A stretch of 64,000 bases of DNA from an uncultured Acidobacteriota bacterium (GCA_963775725.1 CAVZKA010000002.1:1253004-1317003), one strand, 5' to 3'. Numbered from the stretch's first letter, positions 43,334 through 54,027 are shown. Translations and numbers: made by a program. The notes: generated by a model not told the origin, from the sequence alone.

Positions 43334-46249
43334 ATGAACGCGAAAACGAGATCGAGGCCGGCGACGGCGTGGAGGTGGGCAGCGGCGCTCCTGATGGCCG
43401 CGCTCGCGCTCGCGCCCGTTGTGCAGGCGCAAACGCTGACCGGCAACATCATCGGCAACGTCACGGACGAGCAGGGAGCGCGCCTGCCCGGAGTCATGGT
43501 GACGCTGACCGGCAACGGGGCCAAGAAGACCCAGACGACCGACGCGCGAGGGGAATACCGCTTCCCGAGCCTCTCGCCCGGCGTCTACACCCTCACGTAC
43601 GAGCTCCAGAGTTTCACCTTCGTGACGAAGCCGGACGTGAAGGTCTCGATCGGCCAGAACACGGAGGAGAACACGACCCTCAAGATCTCCAGCATCGAGG
43701 CCACCATCACGGTCTCGGGCGGCGCGGCCCTTCTCGACACCCGCAAGGTCGAGACGGGCGCCGTCGTCGACCAGACGGAGCTCCAGGCGATCCCGACCGC
43801 GCGCGACCCGTGGGTCATCCTCTCGACGGTCCCCGGCGTGCAGCTCGACCGCGTCAACGTGGGCGGCAACGAGAGCGGCCAGCAGTCGACCTACGTCGGC
43901 AAGGGCTCCGACTCGAGCCAGAACACCTGGAACGTGGACGGCGTCACGATCACCGACATGGGCGCCCTCGGCTCGTCTCCGACGTACTACGACTTCGAGT
44001 CGTTCGAGGAGATCCAGGCGTCCACGGGCGGCAGCGACGTCACGGCGGCGACGCCCGGCGTCCAGTTGAACCTCGTGACCAAGCGCGGCACCAACGACGT
44101 GCACGGCTCGGCCCGGTACTATCTGGCCGACGGGAGCCTCCAGTGGAACAACGTCACCCCCCTCGACCAGGCGCAGGGCGTGACCAACGGCGGCAACCGC
44201 ATCAACGAGGTGCAGGACTACGGCGTAGAGCTCGGCGGTCCGCTCTGGAAGGACCGTCTCTGGGCGTGGGGCGCCGCGGGCCGCAACCAGATCAACCTCT
44301 TCAACGCGCAGGGCAACCCGGACAACACGACGCTCAAGGACTACAACGCGAAGGTCAACCTCCAGCTCTTCGATTCGACGTCGCTGATGGGCACCTTCGG
44401 CAACGGCAACAAGGAAAAGATCGGACGCAACGTCAGCTTCTCGCGTCCTCCACCCGCTTCGTGGAACCAGACGGGCCCGACGACGGTCTGGAGGGGCGAG
44501 ATCTCCCAGGTGTTCTCGTCCTCGCTGTTTGCGACGGCGTCTTACTCGTCGGTGTCGAGCGGTTTCTCGCTGACGCCGCAGGGCGGCAACGACGTCAACA
44601 ATCTCTACATCAACGAGCAGGGCCAGTTCATCGGCAGCTACCTGTATGCCGACACGGTCCGGCCCCAGCAGCAGGCCACGGCGAGCGGCTCGTACTTCTT
44701 CAACACGGGCAACGTCGGCCAGGAGCTGAAGTTCGGCTTCAACTACCGCACGACGGACGTGTCGTCGGTTTCGTCCTGGCCGGGTAACGGCAACTACGGC
44801 GACCTCGCCGACTTCAACGCGCCGGCCGCGGTGCTGACGCGGCAGGCCGTCGTCAAGACGAGTCAGCAGTATTTGAGCGGCTATCTCTCGGACACGCTCA
44901 CCCTCGGCAACCTCACCGTGAACCTCGGCGTTCGGTACGACCACCAGGATGGCAAGAACCTGACGTCGGCCACACCGGCCAACCCGGTCGTCCCGGACCT
45001 GCTCCCGGCGGTCACGACGATCGGCGGCCGCACGCCGTTTACCTGGGAGAACGTGGTTCCGCGCATCGGCGCGACCTATGCTCTCGGCGCGGACAACAAG
45101 ACGCTGCTGCGGGCGAGCTACTCGCAGTACGCCGACCAGCTCGGCGCCAACGCCATCTCCTTCGTCAACCCGGGGGCGCTGGCCGGCCTCTACTACTACT
45201 GGAACGACATCAACGGCGACCACGTGATCACGGCCAACGAGCTCGACCTCAACAACCTGCTCGGCAGCTACGGCGTCGATCCGTCGAACCCCGGCTCGTC
45301 GAAATCGCCCAACACCGTGGATCCCAACCTCAAGGCGGGCAAGACCACCGAGGTCATCGGCGGCATCGAGCGCGAGGTCATGCAGGACTTCGTCGTCGGC
45401 GTGAACTACACGTACCGCAAGTACACGGGAGCGCTCTATCCCCACCGGACGGGCCTGACGGAGAACGACTACGAGATCGGCGGCTACCTCACCGGCCGGC
45501 TCGCCAACGGCCAGGAATTCAATCAGCCCTATTACCAGTTGAAGCCGGGAGTCCCCGTTCCCGCGGGCGTCACGCTCGAGAACCGGCCCGACTGGAACAC
45601 CACCTACAACGGCGTCGACCTGACGTTTCAGAAGCGCCTCACGAACAAGTGGCTCATCCGCGGCGGCGGCACCTACCAGAACTGGAACCAGCACGGCGGC
45701 GCGGGGTCCTGCTACGACCCGACGAGCGACCGCGGCGGCAACAACGAGCTCTGGCCCGGAACCCCGATCGGCATCCAGACGGGCTCGACGTGCGCAGGCA
45801 ACGACATCGCGGCCCTGCCCGCGGGGGCCTCGAGCGGTGCGCGCAACGAGGTCTTCCTGAACTCGCGGTGGCTCTTCAACGTCGGCGGCCTCTACCAGCT
45901 GCCGTGGGACTTTTCGGTGGCCGCTAACTTCTTCGGGCGGGAAGGCTATCCGTACGTCAACTACTACCGGTTCGATCCGGGTGACGGCCTCGGCCCCCGC
46001 GACAACATCATCGGAAAGCTCTCGGACACCCGGTACGGCAACGTGTACGAGCTCGACCTGCGCCTCGAGAAGGTGATCAACGTCAAACCGGTGCAGGTCA
46101 CGATCGCGGCGGACATCTTCAACGCGCTCAACCAGGGCACCATCCTCCAGCGCAACGCGAAGGTGAGCGCCGGAGCCGGCGTCTACAACCAGATCATCGA
46201 GATGCAGAGCCCCCGGATCGTGCGCTTCGGCGCGCGGATCAGCTTCTAA
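43334..46249 (+). CDS. TonB-dependent receptor-like outer-membrane protein with N-terminal carboxypeptidase-regulatory-like domain
   Basis: A signal peptide is followed by a CarbopepD_reg-like domain (VTDEQGARLPGVMVTLTGNG…TDARGEYRF), plug-like and barrel regions, and a C-terminal aromatic residue (…ARISF). Confidence 0.85.
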   Translation: MNAKTRSRPATAWRWAAALLMAALALAPVVQAQTLTGNIIGNVTDEQGARLPGVMVTLTGNGAKKTQTTDARGEYRFPSLSPGVYTLTYELQSFTFVTKPDVKVSIGQNTEENTTLKISSIEATITVSGGAALLDTRKVETGAVVDQTELQAIPTARDPWVILSTVPGVQLDRVNVGGNESGQQSTYVGKGSDSSQNTWNVDGVTITDMGALGSSPTYYDFESFEEIQASTGGSDVTAATPGVQLNLVTKRGTNDVHGSARYYLADGSLQWNNVTPLDQAQGVTNGGNRINEVQDYGVELGGPLWKDRLWAWGAAGRNQINLFNAQGNPDNTTLKDYNAKVNLQLFDSTSLMGTFGNGNKEKIGRNVSFSRPPPASWNQTGPTTVWRGEISQVFSSSLFATASYSSVSSGFSLTPQGGNDVNNLYINEQGQFIGSYLYADTVRPQQQATASGSYFFNTGNVGQELKFGFNYRTTDVSSVSSWPGNGNYGDLADFNAPAAVLTRQAVVKTSQQYLSGYLSDTLTLGNLTVNLGVRYDHQDGKNLTSATPANPVVPDLLPAVTTIGGRTPFTWENVVPRIGATYALGADNKTLLRASYSQYADQLGANAISFVNPGALAGLYYYWNDINGDHVITANELDLNNLLGSYGVDPSNPGSSKSPNTVDPNLKAGKTTEVIGGIEREVMQDFVVGVNYTYRKYTGALYPHRTGLTENDYEIGGYLTGRLANGQEFNQPYYQLKPGVPVPAGVTLENRPDWNTTYNGVDLTFQKRLTNKWLIRGGGTYQNWNQHGGAGSCYDPTSDRGGNNELWPGTPIGIQTGSTCAGNDIAALPAGASSGARNEVFLNSRWLFNVGGLYQLPWDFSVAANFFGREGYPYVNYYRFDPGDGLGPRDNIIGKLSDTRYGNVYELDLRLEKVINVKPVQVTIAADIFNALNQGTILQRNAKVSAGAGVYNQIIEMQSPRIVRFGARISF

Positions 46250-46256
46250 ACCACCG

Positions 46257-46280
46257 GGGTCAGGTTGAAACCTGACCCCA
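46257..46280. repeat. minimal palindrome GGGGTCAGG-ttgaaa-CCTGACCCC (copy C of repeat family)
   Basis: It is a perfect 9-bp inverted repeat 8 nt after the receptor stop, with the same termini as copies A and B. Confidence 0.5.
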
Positions 46281-46696
46281 CATGCCATCCACCCGGCGGG
46301 CCCATGCCCGCCGGGCTTTTTCCTGCCCGCGCAACCCTGGCCCTGCCGCGCCGCACCGTCTCACGGGGGTATCCATGAAACGAGCCGCGATTGCCGCCGC
46401 GCGACCGGAAGCCTCCCATCGAGATCGAAGAAGTCGCGCTCCTCGTTCCCGCCGGCCGCTGACGGCGGGCAGGCAGGCGTGGCAAGATATGGTCCCTGAG
46501 CCGAGCACGCCCCGATCGCGCCGCAGCCCGTCCGCCCGCCGAGCGGTTCGACGTCGTTTGCCTTCCGATCATCGACTGGAGCTTCCGGTTCCAGCGCCCC
46601 CAGCAACTGCTCTCGCGCTTCGCCGCCGACGGGCACCGCGTCTTCTACCCGAAGACGGGGTTTGTCGGTCTCGATCGTGAACCCGTCCTCGAGCGG

Positions 46697-49600
46697 GTGG
46701 CCGACGGCGTCTTCGAGATCTCGCTTCCGGGGGAGCACGACTTCGACATCTACGGCCGGACGCTCACCGGCGAGACCCTGGAGCAGGCCTTCGACGCCAT
46801 CGTGGGGCTCGCGGGAGAATGCGGCTTTCTCGACCCAGTGGTCCTGGTGCAGTACCCCTCCTGGGAGCCCCTGGCGCGCGGTCTGCGCGAGGAACTCGGC
46901 TGCCGGGTCGTCTACGACTGCATGGACGAGCACACGGGCTTCGGCACGCACGGCGCGGGCACCGCGGAGGATGAGCGGCGGCTGCTGACCGAGAGCGACC
47001 TCGTGCTCGTCACGTCGCGGCCGCTGCTCGACCGCGTGCGCAGGGTCCGGCCCGACGCGCTGCCGCTCCCGAATGCGGCGGATGCGAAATTGTTCGCCGA
47101 GCTTCCCGCCCGCAGCGCGAGCCCGCTCGCGAAGTACGCGCGCCCGGTCATCGGCTACTACGGCGCGATCGCGGCGTGGTTCGACGCCGGGGCGGTCGCG
47201 CTGGCCGCCCGCAAGCATCCGGATTGGAGCTTCGTCCTCGTCGGCGATACGAAGGGCGCCGCGCTCGAGAGCCTCGCAGGGCGGCCGAACGTCCACTTGC
47301 TCGGTGAAGTGCCCTACGCGGACCTGACCGGCTACGTCGCCGGTTTCGACGTCTGCACGATTCCCTTCCACCGTACGCCGCTGACCGAGGCGACCAACCC
47401 CGTCAAGCTCTACGAGTACCTCGCGACCGGAAAGCCCGTCGTCGCCCGCCGCCTGCCGGAGCTCGAGCCCTACGCCGACGTCCTCGCCCTCTACGACACG
47501 GCCGACGAATTCGTCGCCGCGCTCGAGCGCGTGGTGCGTCAACCCGACGGCGAGGCCGTCGTCGCGAAGCGCCGCAAGATCGCCTTCGAGAACACCTGGG
47601 ACATCCGCTACCGAACCCTTCGCGACAAGTTGGACTCTCTCGCCCCGAGAGTTCTGGAGAACCCCCTCTCCCGGCGGGAGCCGTCCAGCGAAGGCAGACC
47701 CGCGGCAGTAGGCAACGCCGGCCCGGAGGGCCGGCGGTATCGGGAGGGGGTGAGGGGCGCTCCCTCCGGGGATGCCGTCAATGCCCGAGCCCGAGAGATC
47801 CGGCGCCTCGACGCCGTCGTCCGCGAACAGCAGGAGGGCATCGCCTTCCTTCGCGAGGAAGTCGCGGTGCGCGAGCGCATCACGGCCGCGCGGGTCGGCG
47901 CCCTGGAAAAGGAGCTCGAGCGCGAGCGGTCCATCTCGGAGGCCCGGGAACAGCACCTGATCACCGCGCTCGCCGAGCTCCAGCGCTGGGAAACCTCCCG
48001 CCTGGGGCGCCTGCGCAAGGCGGCGGGCCGGTTGCGCGGAGCCGCGGGCCGCGCGACGGCTCCCGGGACCCCGCTCTTTGCCGCCGGCTCGAGGCTCATG
48101 CCGCGCCCCCTCGCGCGCTGGCTGCGGCGCGTGGTGGCCCCGGTTGCGGGGTCCGACGGGCTCGTGCAGCTCGAGGAGCGCTCGGCCGCCCCCGGGCCGC
48201 GCACGACCGACGCCGTCCCGATGGAGCCATCCGGCTGCTACGACGTCGTGGTTTTCTCGATCATCGACTGGGACTTCCGGTTCCAGCGCCCGCAGCAGCT
48301 GGCGACACAGTTCGGCCGCCACGCCCACCGCGTGTTCTATCTCTCGACGACGCAGTTCCTTTCTCCCGGCGGCGCGGCCTGGGGCCTCTCGCGCAAGGCC
48401 GAGCGGGTGGGGGAGCTGCGGATCCGGTCGCGCCGCTCGCTGAACGTCTACAGCGGCAAGCTCGAAGCGGCGGACCTGGACGCACTCGTCGCCTCGTTCG
48501 AGGCGCTCGCGGCCGACCTTTCCATGGGCGACACGGTCTGCCTCGTGCAGATTCCCTTCTGGGGGCCCCTGGCGGACCGGCTGCGCGAGCGCCTGGGCTG
48601 GCGCGTCGTGTACGACTGCATGGACGAGTGGACCAACTTCCCGGGGTTCGGGCAGAGCGTCCTGTCGCTCGAGGAGACGCTCGTCCGCGGCGCCGACGCG
48701 ACCATCGTCTCAGCGGACCGTCTCGAAGAAAAGTGGAAGGCCGCGGCGCCGCGCCTGATCCTCGCGCGCAATGCCATGGACGCCGAGCACTACCGCGCGC
48801 GCTACGGGCCGAACGAACTGCTCGGGAAGGTGCGCCACCCGGTCATCGGATACTACGGCGCGCTTGCGTCGTGGGTGGACGTGCCGCTGCTGACGAAGAT
48901 CGCCGACGCGCACCCGGACGCCACGATCGTCCTCGCGGGCGGCCAGTTCGACCTGGACCTGACGCCGATCGCCTCGCGGCCGAACGTGCGGCTGCTCGGC
49001 CAGCGACCCTACGACGAGATGCCGCAACTCCTGTGGAATTTCGATGCCTGCATCATCCCGTTCCTCGTCAACGACATCACCGAGGCGACGAACCCGGTCA
49101 AGTTCTACGAGTACCTCTACGGCGGCAAACCCGTCGTCGCCCCGGCGCTGACCGAGCTGCTGCCCTACGAAGAGCTGTCGTATCTCGCGCGCGGCCACGA
49201 CGAGTTCCTCGCGCAGATCCGGAAGGCGCTCACGGAGCCGCCCGACGACCCGCGCCGCGCCGCGCGCCGCGAGGTGGCCGAGGAGAACGACTGGGCGCAT
49301 CGCTACGAGGCGATCGACGAGGGGCTTCTCGAAGCGCACCCGATCGTGTCGGTCGTGATCGTCACGTACGGCGGCCTCGAGCTGACGAAGGCGTGCCTCA
49401 AGTCCCTGCTCGAGCGCGAGACGTGGCCGCGCCTGGACGTCGTCATCGTGGACAACGCCTCGTCGGACGGAACGCCCGAGTACCTGGAGCTGGTGGCCGC
49501 CGGCGACGCGCGCGTGCGCTGCGTCTACAACCGCGAAAATCGCGGCTTCGCCGCCGCGAACAACCAGGGGATCGCACTGGCGCTGGGCGAGATCGTCGTC

Positions 49601-50137
49601 CTGCTCAACAACGACACGGTCGTCCCGCCGGGCCTCGTGGGCCGCCTCGTCGGCCACCTGCGCCGCGATGCCACGATCGGCCTCCTGTGCCCGACGACGA
49701 ACTTCTGCGGCAACGAGGCCCGCGTCGAGCCCGACTACGCCGAGGTCGCCGGCCTCCCGTCCTTCGCCGCGCGGCGCGCCCGCGACTTCCGCGGCCGCGT
49801 CTTCGACATCGGCGTCGCCGCGATGTACTGCGTCGCCGCGCGCCGCGCGGTCCTCGACGAGGTCGGGCCCCTGGATGAGGCCTACGGCGTCGGCATGTTC
49901 GAGGACGACGACTTTGCCGTCCGCATGCGCGCGAAGGGCTACCGCGTCGCCTGCGCGGAGGACGCCTACGTCCACCACGTCGGGCAGGGGGCCTTCCGCA
50001 AGCTGTCGCCCGAGGCCTACGACCAGCTCTGGAAGAAGAACCAGGCGTACTTCGAGAAGAAGTTCGGCGTCGCCTGGAAGGCACACGCTCCGCGCGAAGG
50101 CGTCGCGGCGGTGGCGTCGCGGGTGGGAGCGGAGTAG
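46697..50137 (+). CDS. three-domain glycosyltransferase (two internally duplicated GT4-like domains + C-terminal GT2 domain)
   Basis: It has an internal duplication (…IIDWxFRFQRPQQL…VVYDCMDE…ATNPVK(L/F)YEYL…), a coiled-coil linker and a GT2 domain (VVIVTYG…DNASSDGT…). Homologous sequence (FDVVCLPIIDWSFRFQRPQQL) continues upstream in frame to an ATG at 46489, reached via an apparent frameshift. The true start is probably 46489. Confidence 0.85.
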   Translation: MADGVFEISLPGEHDFDIYGRTLTGETLEQAFDAIVGLAGECGFLDPVVLVQYPSWEPLARGLREELGCRVVYDCMDEHTGFGTHGAGTAEDERRLLTESDLVLVTSRPLLDRVRRVRPDALPLPNAADAKLFAELPARSASPLAKYARPVIGYYGAIAAWFDAGAVALAARKHPDWSFVLVGDTKGAALESLAGRPNVHLLGEVPYADLTGYVAGFDVCTIPFHRTPLTEATNPVKLYEYLATGKPVVARRLPELEPYADVLALYDTADEFVAALERVVRQPDGEAVVAKRRKIAFENTWDIRYRTLRDKLDSLAPRVLENPLSRREPSSEGRPAAVGNAGPEGRRYREGVRGAPSGDAVNARAREIRRLDAVVREQQEGIAFLREEVAVRERITAARVGALEKELERERSISEAREQHLITALAELQRWETSRLGRLRKAAGRLRGAAGRATAPGTPLFAAGSRLMPRPLARWLRRVVAPVAGSDGLVQLEERSAAPGPRTTDAVPMEPSGCYDVVVFSIIDWDFRFQRPQQLATQFGRHAHRVFYLSTTQFLSPGGAAWGLSRKAERVGELRIRSRRSLNVYSGKLEAADLDALVASFEALAADLSMGDTVCLVQIPFWGPLADRLRERLGWRVVYDCMDEWTNFPGFGQSVLSLEETLVRGADATIVSADRLEEKWKAAAPRLILARNAMDAEHYRARYGPNELLGKVRHPVIGYYGALASWVDVPLLTKIADAHPDATIVLAGGQFDLDLTPIASRPNVRLLGQRPYDEMPQLLWNFDACIIPFLVNDITEATNPVKFYEYLYGGKPVVAPALTELLPYEELSYLARGHDEFLAQIRKALTEPPDDPRRAARREVAEENDWAHRYEAIDEGLLEAHPIVSVVIVTYGGLELTKACLKSLLERETWPRLDVVIVDNASSDGTPEYLELVAAGDARVRCVYNRENRGFAAANNQGIALALGEIVVLLNNDTVVPPGLVGRLVGHLRRDATIGLLCPTTNFCGNEARVEPDYAEVAGLPSFAARRARDFRGRVFDIGVAAMYCVAARRAVLDEVGPLDEAYGVGMFEDDDFAVRMRAKGYRVACAEDAYVHHVGQGAFRKLSPEAYDQLWKKNQAYFEKKFGVAWKAHAPREGVAAVASRVGAE

Positions 50138-50146
50138 AGTCGCAAA

Positions 50147-51610
50147 ATGGAAGCCCCGGGAGCTCCTATCAGCGCGCCGCGCGATACCACGGCACCTCCG
50201 GATCCGATGGCCGTGAAACGCGCGAACTTCGACGAATATCTGGCCAACGTCGGCGCCGGTACGCTCGTGGCGACCAACAAGCCCGTGCAGCTGCACCTCG
50301 AGGTGAGCTCGCGCTGCAACCTGCGCTGCAAAAAGTGCGGCTTTTCCTGGGACCCGTCGCTGGCGGCGAGCGGCCGCGACCTGCCCTGGCCGATCCTTTC
50401 CCGTATGGACGAGTTCTTTGCGGCCGCCGTCGAGGTGCATACCTTCGGATACGGCGAGATGTTTCTCTACCCGGAGCTCGCGCCGCTCGTCACCGTCCTG
50501 AAGAATCACGGCTGCCGGCTCTCGGGAATCACGAACGGGGTCCTGATCCGTCCGGCGGATGTCGTCTGGCTCGTCGCCTGCGGCTACGACCAGCTCACGT
50601 TCTCGATCGACGGGGCGACGGAAGAGACCATGGACAAGCTCCGCGGGGCGAGCCTCGCAAAGGTCCTCCACGTCCTGCATCTCATCCACGACGAGAAGGA
50701 GCGGCGCAAGTCCGAGTTCCCGCGGATCGTCGTGAACTTCGTGGCGCAGAACGACAACTACCACGAGCTGCCGGAGCTGGCGCGCCAGCTCGCGCCGCTC
50801 GGGGTCTATTTCATGGGAGTGAATCCCCTCCACCACTTCTTCGAGACGGCGGGCGCGTACGGGCCGTACTACGAATCTTTTCGTCTCAGTCGGGCGCCGC
50901 GCGCCGATTTCGAGGAGGCGGTGAGCCAGGCGCGCGCGACCATGGAACCCTCGGGAACCACCTTCCAGAACTTCGTGAACCCGGATTTCGAGTGGGCGGT
51001 GGAAAAGCCGACGGCGGACGGCGCCGTGGCGCTGCACAATCGCAAGCTGCCCGAGGTCCCGACGCTTTCGGAAGCGACGACGGAAGCGACGACGAGCGAA
51101 GGCTTCGTGCAGAACGTCCTGGCGACCGCCGCGACGCCGGCGCTGCCGGTCGCGCTCGATGCCGCGCCTGCCGCCGACCCGACGGTGCTCGCGCCCATGT
51201 ACTGCCACTACCCGTGGACCACGCTGTATCTCTCGGCGGCCGGGAAGGCCCGTGTGTGCTGTTACATGAACGTCCACGAGGACCTCGGCGCGTTCACCGG
51301 GGACGCGAACGTCGGGTCGGCCTGGAACGGCCCGCAGCTTCAATCCGTGCGCGAGCACATCCGCGACGGGCGCGTGCACCCCTCCTGCCGCGAGTGCGTG
51401 GCGCACCGAACCTACGAGGTCCATGCCGCGGCGATGCATCCGATCCGGGTCGAGCTCGGCCTCGTGCCGCCCGCGGCTCCCGAGCCCGAACCCGAAGCCG
51501 CCGCTCCGCCCCCGGAACCTCGACCCGAGGAGACGGGGGTGCTGCGGCGGTTGCTCAGGCGCTGGCGCGGTTCGGTTGGCGACGGATCCGGGCCGCCGTT
51601 CTCGAACTAG
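50147..51610 (+). CDS. radical SAM enzyme with C-terminal SPASM/twitch-type Cys cluster
   Basis: It has the CNLRCKKC (CX3CX2C) motif and a C-terminal Cys cluster (CCYMNVHEDLGAF…CRECVAH). It starts 9 nt after the glycosyltransferase stop. Confidence 0.85.
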   Translation: MEAPGAPISAPRDTTAPPDPMAVKRANFDEYLANVGAGTLVATNKPVQLHLEVSSRCNLRCKKCGFSWDPSLAASGRDLPWPILSRMDEFFAAAVEVHTFGYGEMFLYPELAPLVTVLKNHGCRLSGITNGVLIRPADVVWLVACGYDQLTFSIDGATEETMDKLRGASLAKVLHVLHLIHDEKERRKSEFPRIVVNFVAQNDNYHELPELARQLAPLGVYFMGVNPLHHFFETAGAYGPYYESFRLSRAPRADFEEAVSQARATMEPSGTTFQNFVNPDFEWAVEKPTADGAVALHNRKLPEVPTLSEATTEATTSEGFVQNVLATAATPALPVALDAAPAADPTVLAPMYCHYPWTTLYLSAAGKARVCCYMNVHEDLGAFTGDANVGSAWNGPQLQSVREHIRDGRVHPSCRECVAHRTYEVHAAAMHPIRVELGLVPPAAPEPEPEAAAPPPEPRPEETGVLRRLLRRWRGSVGDGSGPPFSN

Positions 51611-52626
51611 TCGACGGCGCGCAGCCAGAGACTGCCGCCGCCCGGCTTGACGCCCGGTACCTGCGGCACGTACGGCCCGAGGCTCTCGATGTCTGTCTTC
51701 TGCAGGAAGTAGACCCCGAGCAGCACCTCGTACTTCGTGCTGTTGGCCAGCAGCGCGGCGAGCACGTACTGCTCGTTCCAGTAGCAGTAGAACTCCTGCG
51801 ACCAGTACTGCTGGTACTCGAACGGCAGGCAGATGTCGTGGATGTGGACGATCACGCCCTTCGGCAGGCGCGGCAGGATCCGGAGAAGAAGGTGGTTCAC
51901 GTCCGACCCCGTCTTCGTGATGTGCGAGCCGTCGATGAAGAGAATGTCCGATGGCTCGAGATCGAGGAAGACGGAATCCGGCGATTCCTGAACGGGCCGC
52001 GCGACGATCTCGATCGGGCCGTCGAGGTTCCGCAGCCACTCCGGCGCGTTGGGATCGATGCAGAGCACGCCGCCGGTCCCGTTGTCGCGGATCGCCTTGA
52101 GGGCGAGCTTCGTCGAATGCCCCGCGCCGACCTCGACGATCCGCCGGGGCCGGAAACGCCGGATGAGCGAGTAGTAGAGGGACGCGTCGGAATGCCCGAA
52201 CTGATCGTTGCCCCAGTAGAACTGCCGGTCATCGTCCGCGGGCCGTTCGTTCGGCAGTCGGGACAGCTCTTCGGCGAAGCTGGGTGTTTCGCGAAGAAAT
52301 GCTTTCTGCGCCTCGAGATCGAAGGTGCCGCAGTCGGGAAAGGTTCCGGTCCATACCGATGCCGGCAGATCGGCGGGTGCGAAGACCGGGGCGTAGAAGA
52401 AGTCGGGGAAGACCTGGAGGCGCTTCGTCCTGGAGTAGCGATGGAGGTGCCGCAGTGCCGGAGACCAGCCCGGCTGATGAGAGTCGAAGCCGAGGCTGGC
52501 GACCATCGCGTCGTAGAGTTCCACTGAGGTCGGGGGCGGGGCCGGTGGAGGGACGGGGGGCGGCGGCGGAAGGGACGAGGGATCCGCCACGAGGAGTTTC
52601 GATTGTTTCCGGCGCCACCACTTCAT
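51607..52626 (-). CDS. class I SAM-dependent methyltransferase with Pro-rich N-terminal region
   Basis: It has the VEVGAGHST SAM-binding motif. The start MKWWRRK has a GGAGGGAG RBS. Its 3' end overlaps the radical SAM gene convergently by 4 nt. Confidence 0.8.
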   Translation of the reverse strand: MKWWRRKQSKLLVADPSSLPPPPPVPPPAPPPTSVELYDAMVASLGFDSHQPGWSPALRHLHRYSRTKRLQVFPDFFYAPVFAPADLPASVWTGTFPDCGTFDLEAQKAFLRETPSFAEELSRLPNERPADDDRQFYWGNDQFGHSDASLYYSLIRRFRPRRIVEVGAGHSTKLALKAIRDNGTGGVLCIDPNAPEWLRNLDGPIEIVARPVQESPDSVFLDLEPSDILFIDGSHITKTGSDVNHLLLRILPRLPKGVIVHIHDICLPFEYQQYWSQEFYCYWNEQYVLAALLANSTKYEVLLGVYFLQKTDIESLGPYVPQVPGVKPGGGSLWLRAVD

Positions 52627-52663
52627 CGACGGTCTCCCTCCGCGCGTACCAGGCAGTCGCAGA

Positions 52664-54027
52664 CTAGCAGGCCGGCCGTCGTGAAGGCGGCTTCGCGCCT
52701 GCCGATTTTCTCGCCCGCGCAAAGCCGAGCATGGCGACCGCAATGACGGCCGGACTCAGTTGTGCGAGCAGGCGAAAGTAAGCCTGCGCGACGTGAAGAT
52801 CCAGCGGCCAGGTGGTGAAGAGGAAAGGGACGGCAAGCACCATCGTGGCGAGCGATGTCGCAATGGAGAGCGCCTTCGCGCGTGCGCTGCCGCTCGCGAT
52901 GAGAACGATCGCGGCTACGAGGAAGGCCGGCCAGAGGAACCCCCACCGTTGGAAGTGGACCAGCTCGCGAAGGCAGAGACTGGCGACGTGCGGGATCCGC
53001 CCGATCGCCGCGCGCAGATGCGGCGCGTCCAGGGCCGTGTAGACGACATCCGGCGCTCCGCTCCAGCGCACGTAGGCGAGGCGAAGCCCGACGAAGCAGG
53101 CCACGACGACGATGTTTCCGGCCTCTCGCCGGATCCTCGCCGGTAAGCCCCGGGGCGACTCGAGGAGCCAGAAGAGCAGGATCCCTGCGCAGGCCAGAGC
53201 CGCGAGGATCGTGCCCTCCGCCTTGACGGTCGTCAGGCCTCCGATCAGCCACGGCAGTGCGCTGTCGCCGGGTCTGAGGCACGCGGCGACGACGCCCGCC
53301 AGCATCGCCGCCTGCGGCATGTCGGCGTAGGCGCCTGCGGCCGAGCGGGTCGAGAGGCTCGGTACGAGGCTCAGCATCAGCGTGCCCACGGATGCCAGGC
53401 GGGGGGTGGCAGCGCTTCGAAGGGCCGAGAACATCGAGATCAGCATCGACAAGTAGAAAACGGGGAAGACCGGCTTGAGCTTGTCGAAGTCGAAGCCTCC
53501 GCGCAGCAGGCTCACGAGGGCTTCGTCGAGGGGGACCAGCGATGGATAGGGCACGTGCCGAAGTTCATAGACGTCGCCGGGATACCAGTCCCGCGACAGG
53601 CCGCCGCGCACCGAAAGCAGCTGCGCCTTCGACGCCCAGATCTGGAAGCCGTCCCATCCGTAGTTGTACCGAAAATTCAGGGCGGCGAAGCACACGGCGA
53701 CCAATGCCGTCGCGCCCACGGCCAGGCGGGCCGTCGCGTCGAGTGCTTCGAAGGGGGCTGCCTCGGGAGCAGGCCGACGCAGGATCCGCGTCGCCGCGAC
53801 CCACGCGGTGGCGAGCCCCATGAGGACGGCCGTCGCGAACACCGATCCTCGCGGCAGTACCAGCGAGAGCGGGAAGAGCATGGCGGCACACGCCCCCATT
53901 CCCACGAGCAGAGATTCGTTCCACGACGCGACCCGGGTCGATCGCCGTCGCAGCAGGGTCTCGCCGACGCAGCCAAACCCGACCGCGAGCGAGAGGCTGA
54001 TCCCGATCTCCAGCCAGGGGAGCGTCA
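52664..54027 (-). CDS. polytopic integral membrane protein (possible glycosyltransferase-C / polymerase-like)
   Basis: It has more than 10 predicted TM helices. The GTG start overlaps the upstream stop (GTGA). The family is not recognised. Confidence 0.65.

Noticed and set aside
38884-52039. Very long antisense ORFs (38884..41958, 43247..46288, 46361..48328, 48710..52039, 50335..52527)
   Set aside because: They lie opposite the sulfatase, TonB-receptor, glycosyltransferase and rSAM genes, which carry clear family signatures. Their translations are low-complexity.
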